A DNA stretch of 63,896 nt, filler included, from Candidatus Eiseniibacteriota bacterium (GCA_043809585.1; 5 parts of 5 records of this genome joined end to end with filler, not necessarily neighbours in it); one strand, 5' to 3'; shown: positions 26,955 to 36,740, counted from the first letter of the whole stretch. The notes: a model not told the origin generated them from the sequence alone. Program-made: numbers and translations.

Positions 26955-29744
26955 TCACCGGTCGTCTTGATCGTTCTTCTCCCAGGCCGGGCGGTAGCTG
27001 TCGTCGCTCTTCCACCACTCCGCCTCTTTCGCCATGAGCCGCTCCGCCCGGTCGATGAGATCGAGGAGTTCGTTCGCTTCGGAGCTCTCCTCGAGATCGT
27101 GGGCGGCGTCCCGGGCGAGCCGATAGGCGGCGTCCAGCCTGCTCTCCCGCGCCCAGTACGACTTCCGGAGGATCTCGGCGAACTCGGCGACCGCCGCGTC
27201 GATGCGGAAAGTCGGGTCCGCGTCGCCCCACGTCTTCCGGACGTCTCCGATCCCGATCGACTCGGAGCGCTCCGTCACCTTCCCGCTCTCGGGATCCTCG
27301 TGGCGGACCCGCACGACGGCGAGGCGCTTCCCTTTCGGCTTCCGTTCGAGCTTCACCTCGAAGAGGGCGGTCACCTCGTGGCCGGCGCCGATCTCTCCGG
27401 CGTCGACCCGGTCGTTCCGGAAGTCCTCGTCCTTCACGTCCCGGTTCTCGTATCCGAGAAGGCGGTAGCGCCGGACCGTCCCCGGCTCGAACTCGACCTG
27501 CACCTTCACCTCTTTCGCGATGGTCTGGAGGGTGCCGGTCAGGTTCTCGCGGAAGACCCGCTTCGCCTCGTTCGTCACGTCCACGTAGTAGTAGTTGCCG
27601 TCCCCCTTGTCGGCGAGCTGCTCCATCAGGACGTCGTTGTAGTTCCCCATGCCGAAGCCGACGGCGGTGATCTCGATTCCCTTCGACGCCTCGCTCTCGA
27701 TCCGTTCGAGGATCGATTCGGCGCCGGTCCGGCCGACGTTCGCCACGCCGTCGGAGCAGAGAATCACCCGGTTGACGGCGTCCTTCCGGAAGGCGCGCCC
27801 CGCCATCTCGTAGCCGACCCGGAGCCCCGCCTCGGCATTGGTCGACCCTTCCGGCTTCAGCGACGCGATCGCCTTCTCGATGGCGCGGCGGTCCGACGCG
27901 GCGGTCGGCTCGAGCACGACCCGGGCCTGGCTTCCGTAGACCACGATGCCGATCCGGTCTTCGCCCGTCATCTCGTCGAGTAGATAGAGAAGGGACCACT
28001 TCACCAATTCCAGCCGGTCCTCCCGGCCCATGGAGCCCGACACGTCGATGACGAAGGTGAGCACCGCCGGCTTCCGGTCCTTCACCTCGACTTCACGCCC
28101 TTTGAGGCCGACCCGGAGAAGCACGTACCCCTCGCCGAACGGCGACGGCGCGGCGTCGAGGTGAATCCCGAAGGCGTCCTTCTTCGGCGGCTCGTAGCCG
28201 TGGGTGAAGGCGTTCACGAACTCTTCGACCCGGATCCCCTCCTTCGGCGGCAGGGCGTTTCGATACAGATAGGAACGGGTGAGCGTGTACGACGCCCGGT
28301 CGACGTCGACGGCGAAGGTGGCGAGGCTGTCCTCTTCGGGGTCGATGAACGGGTTCACGCCGTAATGCTCGAAGAACATGGCGTCGAAAGCCTCGCCGTT
28401 CACCGGGTCCGTTCCGCCGACCGAGACCGGCCAACCGGAACCGTCCGCCGGGGCGGCGACGGTGAACGGGGTTGCATCGGCACGTCCGCCGCGGACATGG
28501 ACTTTCCCCTGAGCATCCATGGTCACACCCGGTTGCCTCGAAAGCCCGTCCGTGACGGTGTTCAGGGCCCGGATCTTGAAGTTCTCCCTATCCGTGTTGG
28601 ATTCGGTGTTGGATTTCTTGCGGTCGTATTCCATCTTTCCGCCGATGCCGATCGTATCGATCTTCGTGGGCCTCTCCCCCAGTTCCACGTGCAATGAGGT
28701 CGCTTTCCCCGCTTCAATGCTCACGCCTTCGAAGATCTTCCGAGCATATCCCATCATGTTGACGATGACCGTGTACGTGCCAGGGGGGATGTTGAAGATC
28801 GTGAACGTACCGTCTTGCCGTGAGATCCCCCCCATGCCCGTTCCATCGATAAGGACGTCCGCCCAAGCGATCGGCTTCCTCGTCTCCGCGTCTCTCACGG
28901 TCCCCGAAAGCGATCCGGTCTTCTTCTCTTCCGAGACGGTGGAACTCAGCGCGGGCAACGTTTTCCGGAGCGCCGTGTCCGTGACCGGCTCGGCGAGCAT
29001 CCTCGACGTCACGGCCATCCGCCGCGGCTCGCCGAGGGTCGGCTCGGGCGCCCCTTTCGCCTCCTGGCGGGCTTCCCCGACCAAGTCGGACCGTCCGCTC
29101 TTCTCCTTCGAGGGGGCGTCCGGAGGGGAGGTTTTCTCCCGATCCTCGTCGAAAGTGAGCCCGACCTTGCTCGACAACTTCCCATCCGGGAGCCTCGGGG
29201 AGGCCGGCGCCGGCGCCTCCTGTGTGCCCGCATCCTTCTCCTTCACGAGATCCGGCCGGCCGCCGGAAGGAGCATGGTCCTGCTCGATCTCGGGTTCTTC
29301 GGGATCCTCCACCCTCACGACCTCACTGTGACTGTTCGCGACGAGATCGGTCACCTCATGGACCACGGGTTTCTCCTCGCGGCCTTCCACTTTCCGTTCC
29401 CCTTCGACGGACTCCGCCTCGTCCGCTTCCGCCTTCGCCTCCTCCTCGAAGACCGCCGTCGTCTCCGGCGCCGGCGCCGTGCGCTCCATCCGGTCGTCCA
29501 TCCGCTGGGCTCGGGGCTTCGCCATCTCCTCGATCGCCGACCGGTCGCCCGGCGTCTGCCCGAGATAGGTGACGACCAGAAGCGCGGCCACCACCGCGGC
29601 CCCCGCGAAGGCGGGAATCCGGAAACGCGACCACGCGGGCCGCGCCTTCTTCGTCTTCCTTCGTTCGTCCGTGATCGCCTGCCAGATCCTTCTCTCATCC
29701 GCCTCGGTCAGGCGGGCCCTGTTTCTCTCCAGCCGTTCTTTCAT
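26955..29744 (-). CDS. Membrane-anchored VWA (YfbK-like) protein with carboxypeptidase-regulatory-like domain; putative anti-sigma factor
   Basis: N-terminal TM; GTVRDAETRKPI..G.F.I.NIPPG.Y; TFAVDVDRASY..RVEEFVNAF; MIDAS DVSGSM; LCSDG; coupled (ATGA) to an ECF sigma. Confidence 0.85.
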   Translation of the reverse strand: MKERLERNRARLTEADERRIWQAITDERRKTKKARPAWSRFRIPAFAGAAVVAALLVVTYLGQTPGDRSAIEEMAKPRAQRMDDRMERTAPAPETTAVFEEEAKAEADEAESVEGERKVEGREEKPVVHEVTDLVANSHSEVVRVEDPEEPEIEQDHAPSGGRPDLVKEKDAGTQEAPAPASPRLPDGKLSSKVGLTFDEDREKTSPPDAPSKEKSGRSDLVGEARQEAKGAPEPTLGEPRRMAVTSRMLAEPVTDTALRKTLPALSSTVSEEKKTGSLSGTVRDAETRKPIAWADVLIDGTGMGGISRQDGTFTIFNIPPGTYTVIVNMMGYARKIFEGVSIEAGKATSLHVELGERPTKIDTIGIGGKMEYDRKKSNTESNTDRENFKIRALNTVTDGLSRQPGVTMDAQGKVHVRGGRADATPFTVAAPADGSGWPVSVGGTDPVNGEAFDAMFFEHYGVNPFIDPEEDSLATFAVDVDRASYTLTRSYLYRNALPPKEGIRVEEFVNAFTHGYEPPKKDAFGIHLDAAPSPFGEGYVLLRVGLKGREVEVKDRKPAVLTFVIDVSGSMGREDRLELVKWSLLYLLDEMTGEDRIGIVVYGSQARVVLEPTAASDRRAIEKAIASLKPEGSTNAEAGLRVGYEMAGRAFRKDAVNRVILCSDGVANVGRTGAESILERIESEASKGIEITAVGFGMGNYNDVLMEQLADKGDGNYYYVDVTNEAKRVFRENLTGTLQTIAKEVKVQVEFEPGTVRRYRLLGYENRDVKDEDFRNDRVDAGEIGAGHEVTALFEVKLERKPKGKRLAVVRVRHEDPESGKVTERSESIGIGDVRKTWGDADPTFRIDAAVAEFAEILRKSYWARESRLDAAYRLARDAAHDLEESSEANELLDLIDRAERLMAKEAEWWKSDDSYRPAWEKNDQDDR

Positions 29745-29989
29745 GGCCGCTGCTCCTGTGTTTGCACCTGGGGTTTTCCGTGAGGGGGGGAGACGGAAGG
29801 GAACTCGAGCGCCTTCCGGAGCGCCTCCTTCGCCCGGTGGGCGTGGACCCGGGCGGTCGATTCATTCACGCCCATCGCCTTTCCCGCCTCGGCGAAGGAG
29901 TAGCCCATCCACTCGTGGAGGAGGAACGCCGCCCGCTGTCTCTTGGTCAGCCTCGCCAGCTCCCGCCGGAGGATGCGCGCCTCCTCCGG
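29741..29989 (-). CDS. ECF sigma factor, C-terminal part (5' truncated)
   Basis: Region 4 LARLTKRQRAAFLLHEWMGYSFAEAGKAMGVNESTARVHAHRA; near-identical to 36156-36740. Confidence 0.9.
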   Translation of the reverse strand, partial: PEEARILRRELARLTKRQRAAFLLHEWMGYSFAEAGKAMGVNESTARVHAHRAKEALRKALEFPSVSPPHGKPQVQTQEQRP

Positions 29990-30089
29990 NNNNNNNNNNN
30001 NNNNNNNNNNNNNNNNNNNNNNNNNNNNNNNNNTTAATTAATTAANNNNNNNNNNNNNNNNNNNNNNNNNNNNNNNNNNNNNNNNNNNN
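29990..30089. other. Contig linker
   Basis: N-run with TTAATTAATTAA. Confidence 0.99.
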
Positions 30090-32507
30090 TCGCGGGCCGG
30101 ATCCCTCGAATCGACCCTGCCCCGGCTGCTCGACCGGGCGCTCAACCTCTGCGGCTTCGAAGCGGGGGCGATCTTCCTGCTCGACCCGGAAGGGAGGACC
30201 CTCCGCCTCGAGGCGATCCAGGGGACGTCGGACCGGGTGGCGGAGGCGTACCGGTCGGTGGCGGTCGGCGAGGGGATCATCGGGGAGGTGGCGAGGGACG
30301 GCGCGCGGATCGTCGTTCGCGACACGGCCACGGACGGGCGGGTGATGCACCCGGTCGTCGTCGCCGAGGGGATCCGCGCCTTCATCACCGTGCCGATCCT
30401 TTCCCGGGGAAAGGTGCTCGGCGTGCTCGACGTCGGCACGACGCGGGAGATGGAACTGACCGAGGAGCACCTCTCGGCCGCCAGCGCCGTGGCCCACCAT
30501 ACCGGCGTGATGCTCGACAACGCCCGGCTTCTGATTCGTTCCCGCCAGGGGGAGCGGCTCTATCGCCATATCCTCGACAGCGCCCTGGACCTGACCTTCC
30601 TCTCTGGGTCCGACTTTCGCGTGATCCGGGTGAACAGGAGGGGCCTCGAGTTCCTCGGTCTCTCGCGGGAGGAGGCGAAGGGGCGCGACCTCGAGCGCCT
30701 CGTCGGCGAGGATGCGTTTCCCCTCTTCACGAAGGCCCGGGAGCATCTGGTGCGGGGGTCCCGCAAGGGCTCGCTCTTCGAGGCGACGATCCGGACCGGC
30801 GAGGGGAACCGGTGCATCTACGAGTTCCAGTCGGAGTTGATCCGGGAGGAAGGGGAACGCTACTTCCTCTACTTCGTCGGACGAAACCTGAACCGGCGGA
30901 AAGAGCTCGAGTCCCGTCTCCTCGCCTTCACGGACCGCCTGACCGAAATGGTGGAGAGCCGGACCGCCGAACTCCGGGAGGCGAAGAACCGTTTCGCCTA
31001 TCTCTTCGACGTCGCCAGCCGCATCCCCCGGCTCGGGACCATGGACGAGAAGCTCCGCCTGATCACGAAGTCCGTCGCGGGGGCCGGGCTCTATCGGCAC
31101 GTGTGGATCCAGGTGCGGGGGGACGACGGGCGGCCCCTTTCCTCCGCCTCCTTCGGTTTCCCGGAGGAGCGGGTGCGGCGGATCGAGGAGTTCGCCTCCG
31201 CAGGTCTTTGCGGGGAGACGGCGGGCGCCCTCCGAATCGGCGGTTCCTTCTTCCTCCCCGCGGGCGGCGGGGCGGAAGGGGATGAGGAACAGTGGCGCGA
31301 GGGGGACCTCCTGGTCGTCCCCTTGGTCGGAAGCGACGAGCCGTTCGGGTGCCTCGTCGCCGAGCGCCCGGTCGACGGGAGGCGGCCCACCGGCGAGACG
31401 GCGCAGGTCCTCGAGCTCTTCGTTGCCCAGGCGGCCCACGCCTTCGAGGAGGCCCGGCTCGGGAGGCGTCTCGCCGAGGCCGAACGGCTCCGCTCCGAGT
31501 ACGCCGCGAGGTTCGACTTCTCCCACATCGTCGGGTCGACGCCCGCGATGGAGCGCGTGATCGAAACGATTCGGCGACTCGCCCCGGTGAGAACGTCGGT
31601 CCTGATCACGGGCGAGAGCGGTACGGGGAAGGAGATGGTGGCCCATGCGATCCACTACAACGGGCCCCGCCGGGAGGAGCCTTTCGTGCAGGTGAATTGC
31701 GCCGCCATCCCCGAGCCCCTCCTCGAGAGCGAGCTCTTCGGCATCGAGCGGGGGGTGGCCACCGACGTGGCCCCCCGGATCGGGAAGTTCGAGCAGGCGG
31801 ACGGGGGGACCCTCTTCCTCGACGAGGTGGGGGACATGAGCCTGGCCACCCAGTCGAAGGTGCTCCGGGCGCTTCAGGAGCGGGCCTTCGAGCGGGTGGG
31901 GGGGAAGGAGACGATCCGCGTCAACGTCCGGATCGTGGCCGCCACCAACCGCGACCTGCATCGGGAGATCGAGGCCGGCCGCTTCCGCCGGGACCTCTTG
32001 TACCGGCTGAACGTGGTGACCATCCCTCTGCCCCCCCTCCGGGAGCGCCGGGAGGATATCCCCGAGTTGGTCGATTACTTCATGGGCCGGTGCGCCGAGG
32101 AGCTCGGCAAACCGCGGAAGCGTGTTCCCCCGGACGTCCTCCGCCATTTCCAGGAGAGCCCCTGGCCGGGGAACATCCGGCAGCTGCGGAACTGCATCGA
32201 GCGGACCCTCGTCTTCGGGCGGGAGCATGACGAGGTCGTCCGCTGGGAGGACCTTCCGTCGGGGGTGCGGGATTGGGCGGAGCCGGTGCGTCCGGAGGAG
32301 AGTGCGGGGAGCCTTTTCCTGGCCGAGCAACTCGAGGCGCGGGAGAGGGAGTTGATCGAGGAGGCGCTCCGCCGGGGGGGAGGCGTGCAGCGGGAGGCGG
32401 CCCGGCTGCTGGGTATTTCGGAACGGGCCATGTGGTATCGCGTAAAAAAACTGGGCATCGACGTGGCGGCGAACGGAAAGGGACCGGCCGGACTACATTC
32501 GATGTAG
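30090..32507 (+). CDS. sigma54-dependent activator (GAF-PAS-GAF-AAA+-HTH), 5' truncated
   Basis: GESGTGKE, NCAAIP..LLESELFG, loop GVATDV in place of GAFTGA, LFLDEVGD, FRRDLLYRLNV, PGNIRQL, Fis-type HTH; frame open back to the gap. Confidence 0.93.
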   Translation, partial: SRAGSLESTLPRLLDRALNLCGFEAGAIFLLDPEGRTLRLEAIQGTSDRVAEAYRSVAVGEGIIGEVARDGARIVVRDTATDGRVMHPVVVAEGIRAFITVPILSRGKVLGVLDVGTTREMELTEEHLSAASAVAHHTGVMLDNARLLIRSRQGERLYRHILDSALDLTFLSGSDFRVIRVNRRGLEFLGLSREEAKGRDLERLVGEDAFPLFTKAREHLVRGSRKGSLFEATIRTGEGNRCIYEFQSELIREEGERYFLYFVGRNLNRRKELESRLLAFTDRLTEMVESRTAELREAKNRFAYLFDVASRIPRLGTMDEKLRLITKSVAGAGLYRHVWIQVRGDDGRPLSSASFGFPEERVRRIEEFASAGLCGETAGALRIGGSFFLPAGGGAEGDEEQWREGDLLVVPLVGSDEPFGCLVAERPVDGRRPTGETAQVLELFVAQAAHAFEEARLGRRLAEAERLRSEYAARFDFSHIVGSTPAMERVIETIRRLAPVRTSVLITGESGTGKEMVAHAIHYNGPRREEPFVQVNCAAIPEPLLESELFGIERGVATDVAPRIGKFEQADGGTLFLDEVGDMSLATQSKVLRALQERAFERVGGKETIRVNVRIVAATNRDLHREIEAGRFRRDLLYRLNVVTIPLPPLRERREDIPELVDYFMGRCAEELGKPRKRVPPDVLRHFQESPWPGNIRQLRNCIERTLVFGREHDEVVRWEDLPSGVRDWAEPVRPEESAGSLFLAEQLEARERELIEEALRRGGGVQREAARLLGISERAMWYRVKKLGIDVAANGKGPAGLHSM

Positions 32508-32675
32508 GAAGGCATCGAGAATCGTAGACACCGTTCATTTCGATTGGGAAATTCATGCAAATCAAGGTGAAAAGGGCGCTCCTCTGAGAAGATTGTCGAG
32601 ACTATTCTCTTCATGAATTGTAGGGTGTTTTGAGCGTTTGGACCTGTGAAGGAAGTTCATAGAGATGACCGAGTT

Positions 32676-32740
32676 TAACCGATTGTGGGGTAGTAAGTTA
32701 GCGGCGCGTCTCCGGTGTCTTCTCTGGCACGACACTTGTT
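32676..32740 (+). promoter_or_regulatory. sigma54 (-24/-12) promoter with upstream IHF-like site
   Basis: TGGCACGACACTTGTT at 32725-32740 (consensus TGGCACG-N4-TTGCW); TAACCGATTG at 32676-32685 resembles the reverse IHF core; AT-rich region after a sigma54 activator. Confidence 0.6.
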
Positions 32741-32750
32741 AGTAAACACC

Positions 32751-32896
32751 CTTCGCAGGTAATGTATGCGTGAGACGATCCCCTGCTTTCCATTGTGTCA
32801 TGCTTCGTCCTGTGAACCAAATCGTACGGAAGGGAAACTGCATAGACTACCCTGGGTTTCCAATGTAGCGTGCACGGGCAGAGCGGGGGATTTTTT
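32751..32896 (+). ncRNA. Candidate structured small RNA (short 6S-like rod)
   Basis: ATCCCCTGCTTT(32778) pairs with AGAGCGGGGGAT(32891), GTGTCATGC with GCGTGCAC; followed by T6; no credible ORF. Confidence 0.45.
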
Positions 32897-32900
32897 ACGG

Positions 32901-32931
32901 AGGGGCCGTCCATCGGGCGGCCCTTCTCTTT
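32901..32931 (+). terminator. Intrinsic terminator-like hairpin
   Basis: GGGCCGTCC-ATC-GGGCGGCCC followed by TTCTCTTT. Confidence 0.6.
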
Positions 32932-32962
32932 GGGTGCCCTCTTCGGGTATCTTCTGCGTGCC

Positions 32963-33847
32963 ATGAAGGTGCTCGTTCTCGTCAATCCAAGAGCCGGCCT
33001 CCACCGGGACCGGGCCGTCCATTCCCGGAAGGTGCGGGACCTGTTCCCGCCCGGGGATGTGGAGGTGGAGACGCCCGAGTCGGCGGAGGAGATGGGGGAA
33101 AGGGCGCGGGCCGCGGCCCGGGCCGGGACCCCTATGGTCGTCGCGGCCGGCGGGGACGGGACCATCAACGACGTGGCCCGGCAGCTCATCGGCAGCGAGA
33201 CCATCCTCGGTATCCTCCCTCTCGGCTCGGGGAACGGTTTTTCCCGGGGGCTCGGGATCGGAGCTACCGTGGCCCGGGCGATCAAGATCCTCCATGAGGG
33301 TGTCGACCGCTCCATCGACGTGGGGGAAGTGAACGGGGCGCCATTCTTCTGCGTCTCCGGGATCGGCTTCGACGCGGTGGTGGGGGAGGAGTTCCAGCGG
33401 AGCCCCGTCCGGGGCGTCCTTCCCTACTTCGGTATCGCGGCAAGAGAATCCCTCCAGTACCGCCCCGTGGAGGTGACGCTCCGTTTCGAGGACCATGAAC
33501 TGGTGACCCGGGCCTTCCTCGTGGCCGTGGCGAACATGAACCAGTTCGGCGGCGGGGCGAAGATCGCGCCGAATGCGGACCCTCGGGACGGCCTCCTGGA
33601 CGTGGTCGTCATCCGCAAGCTGAACGTCTTCGAGATGCTCTTCTACACGCCGAAGCTCTTCGACGGATCCATCGACAAGGTGACTCCTCTCGAGACCTAC
33701 CGGAGCCGGGAGTTCCGCATCCTCCGTTCCCAGCGGGGGCCGATGCACCTCGACGGAAACCCCGTCGAGGAGGGGCACGTGCTCGACTACCGTGTCCGGC
33801 CGGGGGCGCTCCGCGTCCGGGTGCCGGCGGGTAATGCCGGGGATTGA
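32963..33847 (+). CDS. Diacylglycerol kinase family (YegS/DagK-like) lipid kinase
   Basis: VNPRAG, AAGGDGTINDV, LPLGSGNGF, GIGFDA, DGLLDV. Confidence 0.9.
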   Translation: MKVLVLVNPRAGLHRDRAVHSRKVRDLFPPGDVEVETPESAEEMGERARAAARAGTPMVVAAGGDGTINDVARQLIGSETILGILPLGSGNGFSRGLGIGATVARAIKILHEGVDRSIDVGEVNGAPFFCVSGIGFDAVVGEEFQRSPVRGVLPYFGIAARESLQYRPVEVTLRFEDHELVTRAFLVAVANMNQFGGGAKIAPNADPRDGLLDVVVIRKLNVFEMLFYTPKLFDGSIDKVTPLETYRSREFRILRSQRGPMHLDGNPVEEGHVLDYRVRPGALRVRVPAGNAGD

Positions 33848-33928
33848 TGGACGGCGGGGTCCGCCTCTTCTTATATTGAAGAAGGATCGAAGTTCGGGAG
33901 GAAGGCAGGCTCTATCCCGGGAGGTCTC

Positions 33929-35125
33929 ATGAACAGACTGCTCGTTTTGCCGCTGCTGGTCCTGATCGGCTGCGGGGGCGGGGAGAACCGCGTCGCCACG
34001 GAACCGGAGCCGGTGGGCGAAGAGGACTACATTCACGACCCGCGGGCGCCCCGGCTCCGGCTCGAGGAGGCGGACCGGGCGTCGATCCGGGTCCCCGACC
34101 TGCCGGCGGACGCCCGGCTCTGGACCACGGCGATTCCGGTCGGCACCGACGAGGCCCGGCGCCCCGCGATCCTGGTCGCCACGAATGAGAGGGGGAAGCT
34201 GATCGGGAGGAAGGTATGGGTCGACCCGTCGGGGAGCGGCGATTTCACGGCCGCGGAGCCTTGGACGCTCGCCCCCTATCACGATTACGAAGGTTGGTTC
34301 GAGACCGACCCGATCGTCACCCTGCGATATCCGGTCGGGACGGAGACCGGGCAGGCGGTGTTCCGGGCGCTGGTCAACGTCTATCCGGGGGGGGCGGGGG
34401 CGCGGCTCCAACCGGCGGGCGGACGGGCGGGGACCTTCCCGGGGACGGAGACGAGATTTCTGCTGTACGACGGGGACCGGAGCGGGACGTACGACCCGGC
34501 GGACCCCCTCGTGATCGACGCGAACGGGGACGGGACCTTCGACGGGAACCGGAACAGCGTCGAACTCTACACGATGGAGGAGCCGTTCCTCCTGGACGGG
34601 CTGGGGTACCGCATCGGTACGGTGGCGTGGGACGGGTCGTCGGTGACGGTGATCCGGACGAACGAGCCGATCGAGGAGCGGGTGCCCCTCGTGGCCGGCG
34701 CCCCGGCGCCGGACTTCACACTCCACGATCTGGACGGGAACGAGGTCTGTTTCTCGGAGGTGAGCTCGGGGAGGCCGGTGCTGCTGGCCTACTGGGCGAC
34801 TTGGTGAGGGGGGTGTGTTGAGGAGTCTCCTCAACTCGCGGCCCTTTCGAAGAAGTACGAAGACGACGGACTGCTTCTTTTCGCGGTGAGCTACGACGAT
34901 TCGGCTTCCTACGTGGAGCGTTTCTTCGAGGAGAAGGGGTACGAGTACCTGACGGTGCTGGATGACCGGTCGGAAGGGGCTACGGGAAAGCCGTACCAGG
35001 TGGGCGCGATCCCCTGCCTGTTCTTGATCGACCGGGAGGGGAAGGTGGTGGAGAAGCGGGTCGGGTACGAAACGGAGCATGCGGAGGATCTGGCGGCGGC
35101 GGTGGAGCGGCTCATGCGGAGCTGA
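33929..35125 (+). CDS. Lipoprotein with C-terminal TlpA/ResA thioredoxin domain; predicted selenoprotein (UGGC)
   Basis: ORFs 33929-34807 and 34886-35125 are in frame, separated by one TGA (34805-34807): APDFTLHDLDG...YWATW-U-GGCVEESP...YQVGAIPCLFLIDREGKV; lipobox LIGC. Confidence 0.88.
34813..34839 (+). promoter_or_regulatory. Bacterial SECIS-like hairpin
   Basis: GTTGAGGA-GTC-TCCTCAAC perfect stem (34817-34835) starting 10 nt after the in-frame TGA. Confidence 0.7.
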
Positions 35126-35151
35126 CGCGAACGGCATGACGAAACGATCGG

Positions 35152-35181
35152 GGCCCGGTTCGATGGAGCCGGGCCTTCTTA
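35152..35181 (+). terminator. Terminator after the selenoprotein gene
   Basis: GGCCCGGTTC-GATG-GAGCCGGGCC followed by TTCTT. Confidence 0.55.
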
Positions 35182-35200
35182 ATGGAGGGGGGCGAGGGCG

Positions 35201-35400
35201 GGGCGGTGGTTCGGCTTCGGGAGGGATGGGGGCATCACCGGGGAGCTGTTGCCGGCTTCCGCGACGCCTCTTCTACGTGGCCGGAGAATGGGAGGACTTC
35301 CTCCCGCAGTGCGACGAGCGTTCAAGTCTGCCCCCGAATCCCTCCCTCAGCCGAATCCCCTGCCCCGCCGACGGATTCTCGGAAGCGCCGCCCGATCTCG
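35201..35400 (+). repeat. Intergenic repeat, family B
   Basis: GGGGCATCACCGGGGAG..TCTTCTACG.GGCCGGAGAA.GGGAGG..CTCCCGCAG..CGACGAGCGT recurs inverted at 51682-51803. Confidence 0.8.
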
Positions 35401-35699
35401 GGCCGCCGAGTCCATCCCCCTTCCCCGCTTGGGGGGAGATGGCGTCCGCCTACTCGGGCCCGTGGGCTCCTCATCAGTCAAACCGCGCTTATGGCCTTGG
35501 AATCAGTGGGGGACCGGTTCCGCCCGAGCCCTTCGATACGGACCTTCGGTCCTACTCAGGACAGGCCTCCGGCGGAACGAGGGGGGGACATGAACTCGTT
35601 TCGTGTCCCCTGCATTTCTCGGCGGACCCTGTCCCCCTCCGGACGGGTATCGCCCACGAGCACAACCATTCCGGAGTGCAGAGGAGGAGTCCGAGGTAG

Positions 35700-36029
35700 C
35701 TAGCCTGGACTATGCACAAATCTCCTACTGCGATCTCGGATCGCCGCCTACGAAGCCTCCTTTCCTTCGCCGCCTCCTCGATGGGGCCCGTCGGGCGCTT
35801 GCACTTATCGCGACGGCTAGGAGCGATAAGTGGTAGCGCCCGGGGGGAGGCTCTTATGACTACACCTCCGGTGGCGGAAGTCCGACCGCGCCGGGGTACC
35901 CGTCGGAGCGAAGCGACGGCGGGTCGGCGCCGGGAGTACCCGGAGCGCGGCAGCGCGAAGGGTGCAAGTCAGCTTCTCGTCAGGCGATCCGAGCCCTCAT
36001 GACGGAGATTCACGCATAATCCAGGCTAG
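35700..36029. mobile_element. 330-bp MITE with CTAGCCTGGA(C/T)TATGC terminal inverted repeats
   Basis: CTAGCCTGGACTATGC ... GCATAATCCAGGCTAG; related copies at 55124 and 63752. Confidence 0.88.
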
Positions 36030-36155
36030 TCAGTTTGAAATGAGTATTATTTTCTCCCCGTTCTCACTTTTTCTTGGTACGGCTGTAAACGTCCGGAGCC
36101 TCATCGGCGACTCCATGGGCGAACGAGGCGACGAAAGATGCGAAAGGGCCGTGCC

Positions 36156-36740
36156 ATGAGACCTCACCCCGACATCGAGCTCGCGAAGAGAGCGGAGGCG
36201 GGGGAGAACGCGGCCTGGCGGGAGATCTACGACGCCACGAAGGAACGCCTGTTCGCCCTCATCGCGTATCACACGGGCGACCGGGAGGAGGCTCGGGACG
36301 TGCTGCAGGAGACCTATACGAGCGCCGTTCGGGGGATCGGGAGATACCGGGGGGAGGGGAGCCTGGAGAGCTGGCTCTGTGGAATCGCCCTCCGCCGGGC
36401 CCGGGACTGGAAGCGGCGCTTCCTGAAAGTGATCAAGAGCGCGGACCCGATCGAATCCCACCCCCGTCTCGAGGCGGCGGCCGCCGGCGACCCGGAGGAG
36501 GCGCGCATCCTCCGGCGGGAGCTGGCGAAGCTGACCAAGAGACAGCGTGCGGCGTTTCTTCTCCATGAGTGGATGGGCTACTCCTTCGCCGAGGCGGGAA
36601 AGGCGATGGGCGTGAACGAGTCGACCGCCCGGGTCCACGCCCACCGGGCGAAGGAAGCGCTCCGGAAGGCGCTCGAGTTCTCTCCCGTTTCCCCCCCTCA
36701 CGGACAACCCCATCGGGAGATTCAGGAGCAGCGGCCATGA
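36156..36740 (+). CDS. ECF RNA polymerase sigma factor (sigma70 group 4)
   Basis: AWREIYD...EARDVLQETY...YRGEGSLESWLCGIA...; region 4 HTH; alternative start 36138. Confidence 0.92.
   Translation: MRPHPDIELAKRAEAGENAAWREIYDATKERLFALIAYHTGDREEARDVLQETYTSAVRGIGRYRGEGSLESWLCGIALRRARDWKRRFLKVIKSADPIESHPRLEAAAAGDPEEARILRRELAKLTKRQRAAFLLHEWMGYSFAEAGKAMGVNESTARVHAHRAKEALRKALEFSPVSPPHGQPHREIQEQRP

Noticed and set aside
32766-32966. 66-aa ORF (and a 22-aa ORF at 32800-32868) after the sigma54 promoter
   Set aside because: No convincing RBS; the longer one runs through a terminator hairpin; base-pairing fits an RNA better
35079-36002. Short ORFs across the repeat regions (also 15360-15919 and 50632-51878)
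   Set aside because: Lie within repeats/MITEs, low-complexity products, no transposase motifs
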